A stretch of 64,000 bases of DNA from a candidate division WWE3 bacterium (GTDB lineage: Bacteria > Patescibacteriota > WWE3 > UBA101185 > UBA10185). Made by a program: the position numbers and the translations under genes. Location of the stretch: assembly GCA_014729135.1 (NCBI GenBank), contig WJKK01000001.1:260588-324587 (forward strand), read 5' to 3'. Under the pieces are notes generated by a model that was not told the DNA's origin, ran no database searches, and worked only from the letters and a program-made list of their open reading frames with translations. Numbering within the stretch: the first letter of the stretch is position 1; every line of letters begins with the position of its first letter. Below are positions 8,218-16,520 of the stretch, one piece after another.

Positions 8218-10212
8218 TTGCTTTATTATGGCCAAGATATGTCGTTAAGTTCTAAAAATAATCATGATTTGATGCAGCAGGATTCGGCGAATTCTGAGGG
8301 GTCGGATTCGAAGATGCTAAGTTCTAAAGAAATTATTGAGAAATATTTAGATTTTTATAAGAAGCGGGATCATAAAGAGATTCCCAATGTTTCGCTGCTT
8401 CCTAAGGAGGACTCTACACTTTTGTTTGTTAATTCGGGGATGTTTCCGCTGGTGCCCTATTTAATGGGGGAGCCTCATCCTATGGGGACGCGTTTGGTGA
8501 ATGTGCAGCGTTGCATTCGTTTTGAGGATATTGAGGAGGTTGGTGATAATCGGCATACGACGGCTTTTCACATGTTGGGAAATTGGAGTTTGAATGATTA
8601 TTTTAAGGAGGAGCAGCTTCATTGGGTTTATGAGTTTTTTTGGGATGTTTTGAGGCTTAAACCGGAGAAGACTTTTGCTACGGTTTTTGGAGGACGTGAT
8701 GGTGCTTCCAAGGATGAGATTTCTGTTGAGATTTTGGAGGAGATTTTTCGGGGGAAGGGTTTGGAGCTTAAGGAAGGTGAGCGACTCTTTTATTTAGGGA
8801 GTAATTGGTGGCAACGTGGAGATGCTGTTGGGGAGCTTGGTGGCCCTGATAGTGAGGTTTTTTACTATGTTCCTTCTGAAGACTCTGCGTCTCGCCATTC
8901 CTCTCAGTCTCCTGATCATCCTGAACTTGATTCAGAATCCATGCCAAAATCAGCTCAAGACCTAGAAGAACGCGAAGACGAATTCATGGAAATTGGTAAC
9001 TCCGTGTTTTTGCAATACGTAAAAACGGAAGACGGCTGGGAACAAATGGAAATGCAAAATGTAGACTTTGGCGGCGGTTTAGAGCGCTTGGCCATGATGG
9101 TTCAAGAGAAAAGCGACATTTTTGAGACCGATAACTTTTGGCCGGTTATACAGCGTTTGCAAGAGCTGACAAAAAAGACTTATAAAGCAGATCCGGAAAC
9201 CACTCGTCACATGCGGATTATTGCCGATCACATCCGTGCTTCAGTGTTTCTAGCAATGGATGGCGTTTTGCCTTCTAACAAAGATCAGGGTTACATCTTG
9301 CGCCGGTTACTTCGTCGGATTGTTCGGTCAGGTAAAAGTTTAGGTCTAGAAAAGGACATTTCCGTTGAGTTGGTGGGAATTGTGGTTAAAATGTTTTCTT
9401 GGTTGTATCCCGATCTTACGGAAAAGCAGTCCTCGCTTGAGGCGCTTTTTGCAGAGGAGGAGGCGAAGTTTAGAAAGACTTTAAATCGCGCTTCACGGGA
9501 GGTTGAACGTTTTTTGGAGAAGTCTAGCGAAAAGGATTTAAGTGCAGAGAAGCTGGCAAAACAGGCCTTTACTTTCTATCAATCCATGGGTTATCCCGAG
9601 GAGATTTTCCTTGAAGACTTGCGCGAACATGGCGTTACTATTGATACAGCAGACTTCAAATCCCATTTTGACAAGCTAGAACAGCGTCACAAAGAAAAAT
9701 CCCGTAAAGGTGCTGCCAAAAAATTTGAAGGGGGTTTGGCTGCCCATAGCGAAACTACAATTAAGTATCATACTGCAACTCATCTTTTGCATACGGCTTT
9801 GCGGGCGGTTTTAGAAGCGGATTCTGAAACTGATGTGGCTCAAAAAGGGAGTAATATCACGGATGAGCGTTTGCGTTTTGACTTTTCGTTCACGCGAAAG
9901 CTGGAGGAGTCTGAGTTGAAAGAAGTGGAGGCCCTGGTTAATGATGTTATTGAAGCAGGTTTGCCGGTTAATTTTGAGGTTATGCCTTTGGAGGATGCTG
10001 TAGAAACGGGGGCTTTGCACTTTTTTGATGAGAAGTATGGGGATAAGGTAAAGGTTTATTATGTAGGTGAAACTTTGGAATCAGCTTTTAGCAAGGAGTT
10101 TTGTGGGGGGCCTCATGTGGAAAACACTTCTGAGCTTTTTCCAATTGAGATTTACAAGCAAAAGAAGATTGGTAAGGGAGTAATTCGTCTTTACGCTCGT
10201 TTTAAAGAGTAA
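8218..10212 (+). CDS. alaS: alanine--tRNA ligase, short form lacking the C-Ala domain; true start probably near 8314
   Basis: Class II AlaRS core (LLFVNSGM, VQRCIR, HTTAFHMLGNWS, DFGGGLERL, IADHIRAS, GYILRRLLRR) and editing-domain motifs (HTATHLLHTALR, CGGPHV); 664 aa. Confidence 0.85.
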   Translation: MLYYGQDMSLSSKNNHDLMQQDSANSEGSDSKMLSSKEIIEKYLDFYKKRDHKEIPNVSLLPKEDSTLLFVNSGMFPLVPYLMGEPHPMGTRLVNVQRCIRFEDIEEVGDNRHTTAFHMLGNWSLNDYFKEEQLHWVYEFFWDVLRLKPEKTFATVFGGRDGASKDEISVEILEEIFRGKGLELKEGERLFYLGSNWWQRGDAVGELGGPDSEVFYYVPSEDSASRHSSQSPDHPELDSESMPKSAQDLEEREDEFMEIGNSVFLQYVKTEDGWEQMEMQNVDFGGGLERLAMMVQEKSDIFETDNFWPVIQRLQELTKKTYKADPETTRHMRIIADHIRASVFLAMDGVLPSNKDQGYILRRLLRRIVRSGKSLGLEKDISVELVGIVVKMFSWLYPDLTEKQSSLEALFAEEEAKFRKTLNRASREVERFLEKSSEKDLSAEKLAKQAFTFYQSMGYPEEIFLEDLREHGVTIDTADFKSHFDKLEQRHKEKSRKGAAKKFEGGLAAHSETTIKYHTATHLLHTALRAVLEADSETDVAQKGSNITDERLRFDFSFTRKLEESELKEVEALVNDVIEAGLPVNFEVMPLEDAVETGALHFFDEKYGDKVKVYYVGETLESAFSKEFCGGPHVENTSELFPIEIYKQKKIGKGVIRLYARFKE

Positions 10213-10250
10213 GTCTTGCTAAGGTTTCTTTGAGACCTTGTCGGCTTAGC
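10213..10250 (+). terminator. hairpin downstream of alaS (possible terminator)
   Basis: gctaagg...ccttagc nested inverted repeats immediately after the stop codon. Confidence 0.35.
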
Positions 10251-10301
10251 CGCGTTTTCCTGCTCAGTAAAGCTTAACAGGTGTGTTTAAAATCTGACCC
10301 C

Positions 10302-10331
10302 TTGACACTCTCACCCATCGAGTGCTATAAA
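10302..10331 (+). promoter_or_regulatory. CIRCE (HrcA operator) overlapping a sigma70-like promoter of groES-groEL
   Basis: TTGACACTC-N9-GAGTGCTAT versus the CIRCE consensus TTAGCACTC-N9-GAGTGCTAA; also reads as -35 TTGACA, 18 nt, -10 TATAAA. Confidence 0.6.
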
Positions 10332-10428
10332 ATAGAGTGCAAGCAGCCGGTTGAAGGGGATACTCCCTTAAAACGGCCTGCCAAAAACTTAAAAATTACA
10401 AAATTACACAAATAATAAAGGAGGAAAA

Positions 10429-10722
10429 ATGAAAAAAATCAAACCCTTATTTGACTACCTGCTCATAGAACCCATGGAGAAAGAGACAACTCTTCCCTCC
10501 GGTATAGTAATTCCCGATTCAGCAAAAGAAAAACCTCAGCAAGGAAAAGTGATAGCTGCCGGTCCCGGTGCAAAAGACGCCGACGGCAAAACTGTTCCCA
10601 TGCAGGTGAAAGTTGACGATATAGTTATGTACAAAAAGTGGGGAGGTACAGAAATTCAGCTTAAAGGCAAAGACTATATTCTAGTTAAGCAGGAGGATCT
10701 TTTAGCAATTATTGAGGAATAA
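10429..10722 (+). CDS. groES: co-chaperonin GroES
   Basis: 97 aa, LIEPMEKETTLPSGIVIPDSAKEKPQQGKVIAAGPG. Confidence 0.9.
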   Translation: MKKIKPLFDYLLIEPMEKETTLPSGIVIPDSAKEKPQQGKVIAAGPGAKDADGKTVPMQVKVDDIVMYKKWGGTEIQLKGKDYILVKQEDLLAIIEE

Positions 10723-10852
10723 ACTTCTCTCAAGTTTCAAGGCAGGTGCTTTTAAGGTGCTTGCCAAAACAATCTGCCTAAAAACCTGCTCCAAAAAAGA
10801 AAACAAATTAAAGAGTAGCTAGTTAATTATCAGAAAAGAAAGGAAGATAGAA

Positions 10853-12523
10853 ATGGCATCAAAAAACATAATTTATGACGACAAGGCTCGTCAAAAACTT
10901 AAGACAGGAATTGACAAGTTGGCTAAGGCTGTAGTAACAACCTTAGGCCCTAAAGGTCGAAATGTAGGAATAGAAAAAAATTGGGGAGCTCCACAGGTTG
11001 TGCACGACGGAGTTACCGTAGCAAAGGAAGTAGAGCTGGCGGATCCGTTTGAGAACATGGGCGCTCAGCTTGTAAAAGAAGCTGCTACAAAAACCAACGA
11101 CATAGCAGGAGACGGAACTACAACCGCCACCTTGCTAACTCAGTCCATTGTAGATGAAGGGTTGCGCAACATTTCAGCGGGGGCTAACCCTATGATTTTG
11201 CGTCGCGGTTTAGAAGAAGCTTCTAAAAAAGTAGTGGCTCGCATTCAAGAGCTTTCCACAGAGATTTCCACTAAGGAAGAGCGTGCTCAGGTAGCTACAA
11301 TTTCCGCTCAAAGCGAAGAAATCGGTGAAATTATTGCAGAGGCTATGGAAAAAGTAGGCGATGACGGCGTCTTGACCGTTGGAGAATCCCGCGGTTTAGA
11401 GATGGAGCTTGAATACAAGGAAGGTATGCAGTTTGATAAAGGCTATGCTTCCCCTTATTTTGTAACCGACTCCGAAAAAATGATTGCCGAAATTGAAGAC
11501 CCTTACATTTTAGTGACCGACCTTAAAGTGACAAGCATTCAAGAGCTTTTACCTATGCTTGAAAACTTGGTTAAGGTTTCTAAGAATTTGGTGATTTTAG
11601 CGGAAGGAATTGAAGGAGAAGCTTTGGCAACTTTAGTGGTTAACAATTTGCGGGGTACTTTTAATGCCTTAGCTATAGAGGCTCCCGGATTTGGTGACCG
11701 CCGTAAGGCAACCTTGGAAGATATAGCGATTTTAACAGGGGCAACTATGATAAGCGAAGACACAGGTCGAGATTTGGCTTCTGTGACAGTGGATGATCTA
11801 GGGCGCGCCGAAAAGGTGCTTTCCACTAAGGACGACTCCACGATAGTTGGTGGCCAGGGTGACAAGGAAAAGATTGAAGCTCGTGTGGCGCAGCTTAAGG
11901 CGCAAATTGAGCAGTCTGATTCTGACTATGATCAGGAGAAGCTAAAGGAGCGTATGGCTAAGCTTTCGGGAGGTGTGGCAGTGCTTAATGTGGGTGCTGC
12001 AACTGAAACTGAGTTGAAGGAGAAGAAGTTGCGTGTTGAGGATGCTGTTAATGCTACAAAGGCTGCTGTTGAGGAGGGAATTGTTCCCGGTGGAGGAGTG
12101 GCTTTGTTTAGAGCACGAGAAGCTATTCGTGATTTGAAGTTGGAAGGTGACGCTGCTACAGGTGCTAATATTTTGTTGGCAGCTTTGGATCGGCCAATTC
12201 GTCGTTTAATTGAAAATGCCGGTAGAGATGCCGGAGAGGTTGTGGCCGGTATGGAGCAGTTTGCTGAGAGTTCTGACTACAAAGGGAAGAAGGAAAATGT
12301 TGGATTTAACGTGATGACGCTGGAGTATGGCGACATGATTAAGGAGGGAATTATTGATCCGGCTAAGGTTACGCGAACGGCTTTGCAGAATGCAGTTTCC
12401 GTTGCCAACATGGTTCTAACTACTGATTGCTTGATAGCGGAGGAGCCTGAGAAGGATGAGGGTGGTCCCGCTGCAGGGGCCGGTGGTATGGGTGGAATGG
12501 GCGGTATGCCGGGAATGATGTAG
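10853..12523 (+). CDS. groL: chaperonin GroEL
   Basis: 556 aa; [23 protein letters not shown]-terminal GGM repeats. Confidence 0.95.
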   Translation: MASKNIIYDDKARQKLKTGIDKLAKAVVTTLGPKGRNVGIEKNWGAPQVVHDGVTVAKEVELADPFENMGAQLVKEAATKTNDIAGDGTTTATLLTQSIVDEGLRNISAGANPMILRRGLEEASKKVVARIQELSTEISTKEERAQVATISAQSEEIGEIIAEAMEKVGDDGVLTVGESRGLEMELEYKEGMQFDKGYASPYFVTDSEKMIAEIEDPYILVTDLKVTSIQELLPMLENLVKVSKNLVILAEGIEGEALATLVVNNLRGTFNALAIEAPGFGDRRKATLEDIAILTGATMISEDTGRDLASVTVDDLGRAEKVLSTKDDSTIVGGQGDKEKIEARVAQLKAQIEQSDSDYDQEKLKERMAKLSGGVAVLNVGAATETELKEKKLRVEDAVNATKAAVEEGIVPGGGVALFRAREAIRDLKLEGDAATGANILLAALDRPIRRLIENAGRDAGEVVAGMEQFAESSDYKGKKENVGFNVMTLEYGDMIKEGIIDPAKVTRTALQNAVSVANMVLTTDCLIAEEPEKDEGGPAAGAGGMGGMGGMPGMM

Positions 12524-12552
12524 TAGAGAACTTTTTATTGTGATTAAGCAGG

Positions 12553-12582
12553 AAAGCCCCTTTTTCAAGGGGCTTTTTTGTT
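12553..12582 (+). terminator. rho-independent terminator after groEL
   Basis: aaagcccctt-tttca-aaggggcttt followed by TTTTGTT. Confidence 0.65.
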
Positions 12583-12633
12583 GCTCACTGTTTCTGCTTC
12601 CTTTTAATAAAGCAAATACCTTTCTTCTATAGC

Positions 12634-12677
12634 ACACTATACTAGTAACTTGACTTTCTACTATAGTGTAGTATAGT
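12634..12677 (+). promoter_or_regulatory. promoter (-35 TTGACT 12650-12655, -10 TATAGT 12672-12677) flanked by an imperfect inverted repeat (possible operator); the mRNA is probably leaderless
   Basis: cacactatactag (12634-12646) and ctactatagtgtag (12658-12671) are near-palindromic; the CDS starts 9 nt after the -10 with no SD. Confidence 0.4.
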
Positions 12678-12686
12678 AGTAACCAA

Positions 12687-14147
12687 ATGACCGAAGTAAA
12701 CCTCCAAAAATACATAAGCAATCAAGTAGCGCGCGCTCCGGAAATGCTAAAAATTTATACAGAAGACACCTCCGGGGAAGCCTATTTAAAAAGGGATAAG
12801 TTCTCTTCTTTACTCAAACTTATTGAGGATTTTACCTCTAAAGAAAGCGACGTTCGTGTTATAGGCATTCCCGGATTGCGTGGAACAGGAAAAACTACTT
12901 TGCTTGCTCAACTCTATCTTCACCTTTTTCCTGACCATCCGGGGGATATGCTTTTTATTTCTGCAGATGAACTTGTGGAGGATTTAAACACAGATTTATT
13001 CACTATATTCAAGGAATATGAAAAATATTTGGGAACCCCCTTTGCTGAGCTTGATAGAGACATTTTTATCTTTATAGACGAGATTCAATTTGATCCTAAA
13101 TGGGCAAGTGCTCTTAAAATACTTTATGACCGTTCTCGTCGTGTTTTCGTTTTATGTACGGGATCTTCTGCCCTTTCTTTGCAATCAAATACAGATGCTG
13201 CACGTAGAATTCTTTTTCAAAAACTTTTTCCATTGTCATTTCCGGAATATATGCGTTTAAAGTCCAAGTATGCTTCCATAAAGGATCCTTCCCTTTCAGT
13301 AAAAGATGTTAACAGAGATCTGCGAAATTCCTTAAAAGATGCTCTGTTTTATAGTGAAAATGCTTCCATGGTTCACGAAAACCTTCTTAAAGTTAATGAT
13401 GAAGTGAAAGAATATTGGAAGGGTATTGACACGCTGGAGTTAGGTCGTTATTTACGTTTTGGTACGATGCCCTATTCCCTTAAGTCCCTGGACAATCAGC
13501 GTTTACTAAATCTTACCGATTCGCAAATAGATCGTGTAATTGAGCGTGACTTACCGGAGCTTGGAAAATTTGATACTTCTACGCTTTCTTCTGTGCGTAA
13601 TGTTTTGCTGCTTCTAGCCGGAAGTACAGAGGTTAGTATCACCAATCTTTCAAATAATTTGGCAGGGATGTCGGCTGTGACCCTGCGCAACGTTTTGGAG
13701 GCTTTAGAAAAAGCTGAATTGCTGATTCGTGTTTATCCTTATGGTTCTTCCAGTTATAAAAAAGTTCGTAAGCCGTCAAAATATCACTTTATGTCTCCTG
13801 CAATACGCCATGTTTTGCTTTCTCTGCTGGAAGGTGAGTTATCTTTTTCTAAGCACAAGGGGAATTACTTGGAGGATGCAATGGCTTTATATTTGCATCG
13901 GATTTTTAGTTCTGATCTGATTTCCCCCATTTTTTATGATAGTTCCAAAGGAGGGGCTGATTTTTTAATAAATCTTGTAGTTCGTCGTATTGTCCTTGAA
14001 GTAGGCATGGGACATAAAGGAGTTGAGCAAGTTTTGTCGACTTTGGAAAGGACTAAAAGCACTTATGGTTTGGTGGTTAGTGATTCTGATCTCTCTTTAA
14101 AGGGGGATGTTGTCAAGGTTCCTTTGGAGTTTTTCCTTTTGTTGTAG
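12687..14147 (+). CDS. AAA+ ATPase of the DUF4143 family (AAA_14 + DUF4143)
   Basis: Walker A IGIPGLRGTGKTTLL; ~480 aa architecture typical of the archaeal/CPR-abundant DUF4143 ATPases. Confidence 0.7.
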   Translation: MTEVNLQKYISNQVARAPEMLKIYTEDTSGEAYLKRDKFSSLLKLIEDFTSKESDVRVIGIPGLRGTGKTTLLAQLYLHLFPDHPGDMLFISADELVEDLNTDLFTIFKEYEKYLGTPFAELDRDIFIFIDEIQFDPKWASALKILYDRSRRVFVLCTGSSALSLQSNTDAARRILFQKLFPLSFPEYMRLKSKYASIKDPSLSVKDVNRDLRNSLKDALFYSENASMVHENLLKVNDEVKEYWKGIDTLELGRYLRFGTMPYSLKSLDNQRLLNLTDSQIDRVIERDLPELGKFDTSTLSSVRNVLLLLAGSTEVSITNLSNNLAGMSAVTLRNVLEALEKAELLIRVYPYGSSSYKKVRKPSKYHFMSPAIRHVLLSLLEGELSFSKHKGNYLEDAMALYLHRIFSSDLISPIFYDSSKGGADFLINLVVRRIVLEVGMGHKGVEQVLSTLERTKSTYGLVVSDSDLSLKGDVVKVPLEFFLLL

Positions 14148-14160
14148 TAAAATTTGTTGG

Positions 14161-14189
14161 TTGACAGATATGGCTTTTAGGGTTATAAT
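14161..14189 (+). promoter_or_regulatory. consensus sigma70-like promoter driving the T-box leader
   Basis: TTGACA (14161-14166), 17 nt spacer, TATAAT (14184-14189). Confidence 0.55.
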
Positions 14190-14195
14190 TACCCA

Positions 14196-14540
14196 CGTTA
14201 GTTTGAAAATTAATTAAAAGCTTTGACGGAAGGTCATTAGTAGAATATCTTCAGTGACACCAGAGATTGTGCGGTAGCTGAAAGCACAACGTATGAAGTA
14301 GTTTGAATTACCCTTTCTGAGCTTTCCGACTGAAAAACCTTTTTTAGGTAGTAAGTTGGAACGGGCGATCCCGTTATAGATTTTGGAGTGTGTCACGAAT
14401 CGTAAAACGAAGCAACAGAGCACTTCTCAAGACTCTTATGGTGACATAAGGGTGAATTTAAGGTGGTACCGCGGTAATAAAGCCGTCCTTAGACTTTATC
14501 TATTAATTTAGATGAGGTTTGAGGACGGCTTTTTTTGTTG
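14196..14540 (+). promoter_or_regulatory. T-box riboswitch leader (tRNA-sensing transcription attenuator); specifier tentatively UAC (Tyr)
   Basis: T-box sequence aatttaaGGTGGTACCGCGG (14455-14474); F-box-like CCCGTTATA (14370-14378); AGUA S-turn element and AGAGA box in Stem I; terminator aaagccgtcc...ggacggcttt plus T-tract (14479-14537). Confidence 0.65.
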
Positions 14541-14673
14541 TAAAAAAGTCTTTTAAAAGCACTTTGAAAGAAAAATACTACTGACAATGCAGGAACTATT
14601 GAGATAGTGAGAATTTTTCGCTATTTCTGCGTTTCTGTATTGTTTGTTTCACTACCTAAAAAGGAGGAGCATT

Positions 14674-14886
14674 ATGGAGATGGAGGTAAGACTAGCCCCT
14701 ATTGGTGGGGGGATCTATGTGTTGAAGTCGGTTGTGAGTGGCGATTTTGTGTGTTTGGACCATGGGGGTACTCCGAGAATCACGAGTTTTGAAAGAGCCC
14801 GGAAGGGGACGGCTCAAGAGTTGGAGGAATTGGTCCGAAACCACATAGGATTGTATCTGCAAGAGGATGAGGCGTTGGGATACTAG
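14674..14886 (+). CDS. small hypothetical protein (70 aa from MEMEV...; ORF track gives 14644)
   Basis: Strong SD aaaggagg 8 nt before ATG 14674; GC content rises through the ORF; no recognised domain. Confidence 0.3.
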   Translation: MEMEVRLAPIGGGIYVLKSVVSGDFVCLDHGGTPRITSFERARKGTAQELEELVRNHIGLYLQEDEALGY

Positions 14887-14916
14887 AAAGCACGTGAAAA
14901 CCAGAGGAGATATAAG

Positions 14917-15828
14917 ATGAAAGCTTTACCTGAAAGTTTGGAGGGTTTCAACATCCTCCATGTCGTTTTGGATTCGTTGCGCTTTGACAGCGCGTCCCGG
15001 GCAGATACACCTGTGCTTGATTCCCTGGGGCCACTAATTGCCGCGCGAACTTTGGCACCCTACACTCCCGCAGCACATGCTGCTGCCTGGTTGGGCCACT
15101 TTCCGAGTGCGCCCACATCGGCGCTGCCTTACTACAATGAGACCGTACGGCAGCCCCTACGTATCACCACGGGTCCCGCCCGTGACGCGAACAAAGGCTG
15201 TGGGATGCTTTTGGATGGCGCCGATGTGCTGGATGGCCTGTGTCGAAAGGGTTATTCCACGTTAGGTTGGGGAGGTGTTTCCCAATTTAGTACAGGTAGC
15301 TGGCTTCGCCAGTTTGCCTGGGACCATTTCACTTATTTTGGAGTGGATATGGACGAGGAGCCTCTGGCACCGCGCGCACCTGAAACCTTTCCCTTGAATC
15401 TGAATCGTGTGGGCGAGATTTTGTCCACAATGTCTGATTATGGGAAGGTTCCTTGGTTCCTTTTTCTCAACGACCCCGCGCCACACTATCCCTATGATTG
15501 GGGGGAAGGTATTACCGAGGAAGTGCGGGAGGAGGCTTTTCCCTTGCTTAAGCTCAATCTGCGTTCTCACCATCTTGCCATGGAGAAGCGCGACATGCTG
15601 GCGCTTTATGCCCCTCTCCTTCAGCAGATGCAAGTAGATGGTTTGGAACGTTATATCGATCCTGGTCTTGGGGAACTTTTCAAAGGTCTTCGGCAGATCT
15701 CGGATCGCCCCGTCTTTGCAATTGTGCACGCCGATCATGGTGAGTACTTTGGTGAGGACGGACTGTATGGTCACATGCATGGAGGAATCTATGATATGAC
15801 TGTTCCTCTGTGGATTGGTGTACTCTAA
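14917..15828 (+). CDS. alkaline-phosphatase-superfamily enzyme (sulfatase / nucleotide pyrophosphatase-phosphodiesterase-like); GC-rich, likely acquired
   Basis: N-terminal metal-ligand motif NILHVVLDSLRFD and C-terminal HADHGEYFGE...GHMHGG resemble AlkP-superfamily signatures; local GC (estimated by eye) is far above the flanks. Confidence 0.5.
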   Translation: MKALPESLEGFNILHVVLDSLRFDSASRADTPVLDSLGPLIAARTLAPYTPAAHAAAWLGHFPSAPTSALPYYNETVRQPLRITTGPARDANKGCGMLLDGADVLDGLCRKGYSTLGWGGVSQFSTGSWLRQFAWDHFTYFGVDMDEEPLAPRAPETFPLNLNRVGEILSTMSDYGKVPWFLFLNDPAPHYPYDWGEGITEEVREEAFPLLKLNLRSHHLAMEKRDMLALYAPLLQQMQVDGLERYIDPGLGELFKGLRQISDRPVFAIVHADHGEYFGEDGLYGHMHGGIYDMTVPLWIGVL

Positions 15829-15853
15829 AGGAGGTGAAACAACTATAGTCATC

Positions 15854-15900
15854 GGGCTCCTCGCTCTTGCCAAGCGTCAACTAAGCTTAGCGAGGAGCCC
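15854..15900 (+). terminator. GC-rich hairpin closing the GC-rich block
   Basis: gggctcctcgct (15854-15865) pairs with agcgaggagccc (15889-15900), a 12-bp stem with a 23-nt loop; no clear T-tract. Confidence 0.4.
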
Positions 15901-15938
15901 GGTAGAATTTTACCAGAAACGTTTTAACAAGTTAGAAT

Positions 15939-16520
15939 ATGATTATGAAACTAAAAATACTAGGTATTGCCCAAGATGGGGGAGTACCGCAAATAAATTG
16001 TCAGTGTAAAAATTGTAAGACATCTCGTACTGAAGGTGTGCCTTTGTTTGCGACCTCCTTACTTGTAGAGAGAGCTAAAGGAAAAAGTACCTTAATTGAT
16101 GTTTCTCCCGATATAAAAAATCAGCTGACACCCACTGAATTTAATGGTATAGACAGTATTGTTTTAACCCATGCACATGTAGGTCACATTGGCGGGTTGC
16201 TTCAGTTTGGCTTTGAGATAGCAAATAAAAAAGGCGTTAATCTTTTTGCATCTCCGGAAATGCACTCTTTCTTACAGGATAATGAGCCTTGGAAACAGTT
16301 ATTTGAAAATGGAAATATAGTTCCGTGCAAATTTAGATTTGAAGAAACTTTTGCTCTTGAGGAGTTAAGAGTTACCCCTTTAAAAGTTCCTCATAGGGAT
16401 GAAATAGCAGATACAAGCGGTTTTATATTGGAAGGTGATTTCAAAAAAGTTTTATTTATTCCCGATATTAAGAACTGGCTTGTTTGGGAGAAAGACTTGA
16501 AAGAGGAAGTAAGTAAGTAA
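15939..16520 (+). CDS. MBL-fold metallo-hydrolase (PqqB-like), N-terminal part; interrupted by an in-frame TAA inside a (GTAA)5 repeat
   Basis: LTHAHVGHIGGL metal-binding motif; the ORF ends in ...EVSK* within gtaagtaagtaagtaagtaa. Confidence 0.55.
   Translation: MIMKLKILGIAQDGGVPQINCQCKNCKTSRTEGVPLFATSLLVERAKGKSTLIDVSPDIKNQLTPTEFNGIDSIVLTHAHVGHIGGLLQFGFEIANKKGVNLFASPEMHSFLQDNEPWKQLFENGNIVPCKFRFEETFALEELRVTPLKVPHRDEIADTSGFILEGDFKKVLFIPDIKNWLVWEKDLKEEVSK

Noticed and set aside
14214-14423. 69-aa minus-strand ORF (and the structured region initially considered as RNase P RNA or tmRNA)
   Set aside because: The region contains the T-box motif GGTGGTACCGCGG, an F-box and a terminator on the plus strand. 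The ORF is antisense to a riboswitch leader and has no SD.
15262-15873. 203-aa minus-strand ORF plus the 15038..15265, 15407..15637 and 15680..15880 ORFs
   Set aside because: Long stop-free antisense or alternative frames are expected in a GC-rich segment. The sense ORF 14917..15828 has the SD and recognisable AlkP-superfamily motifs.
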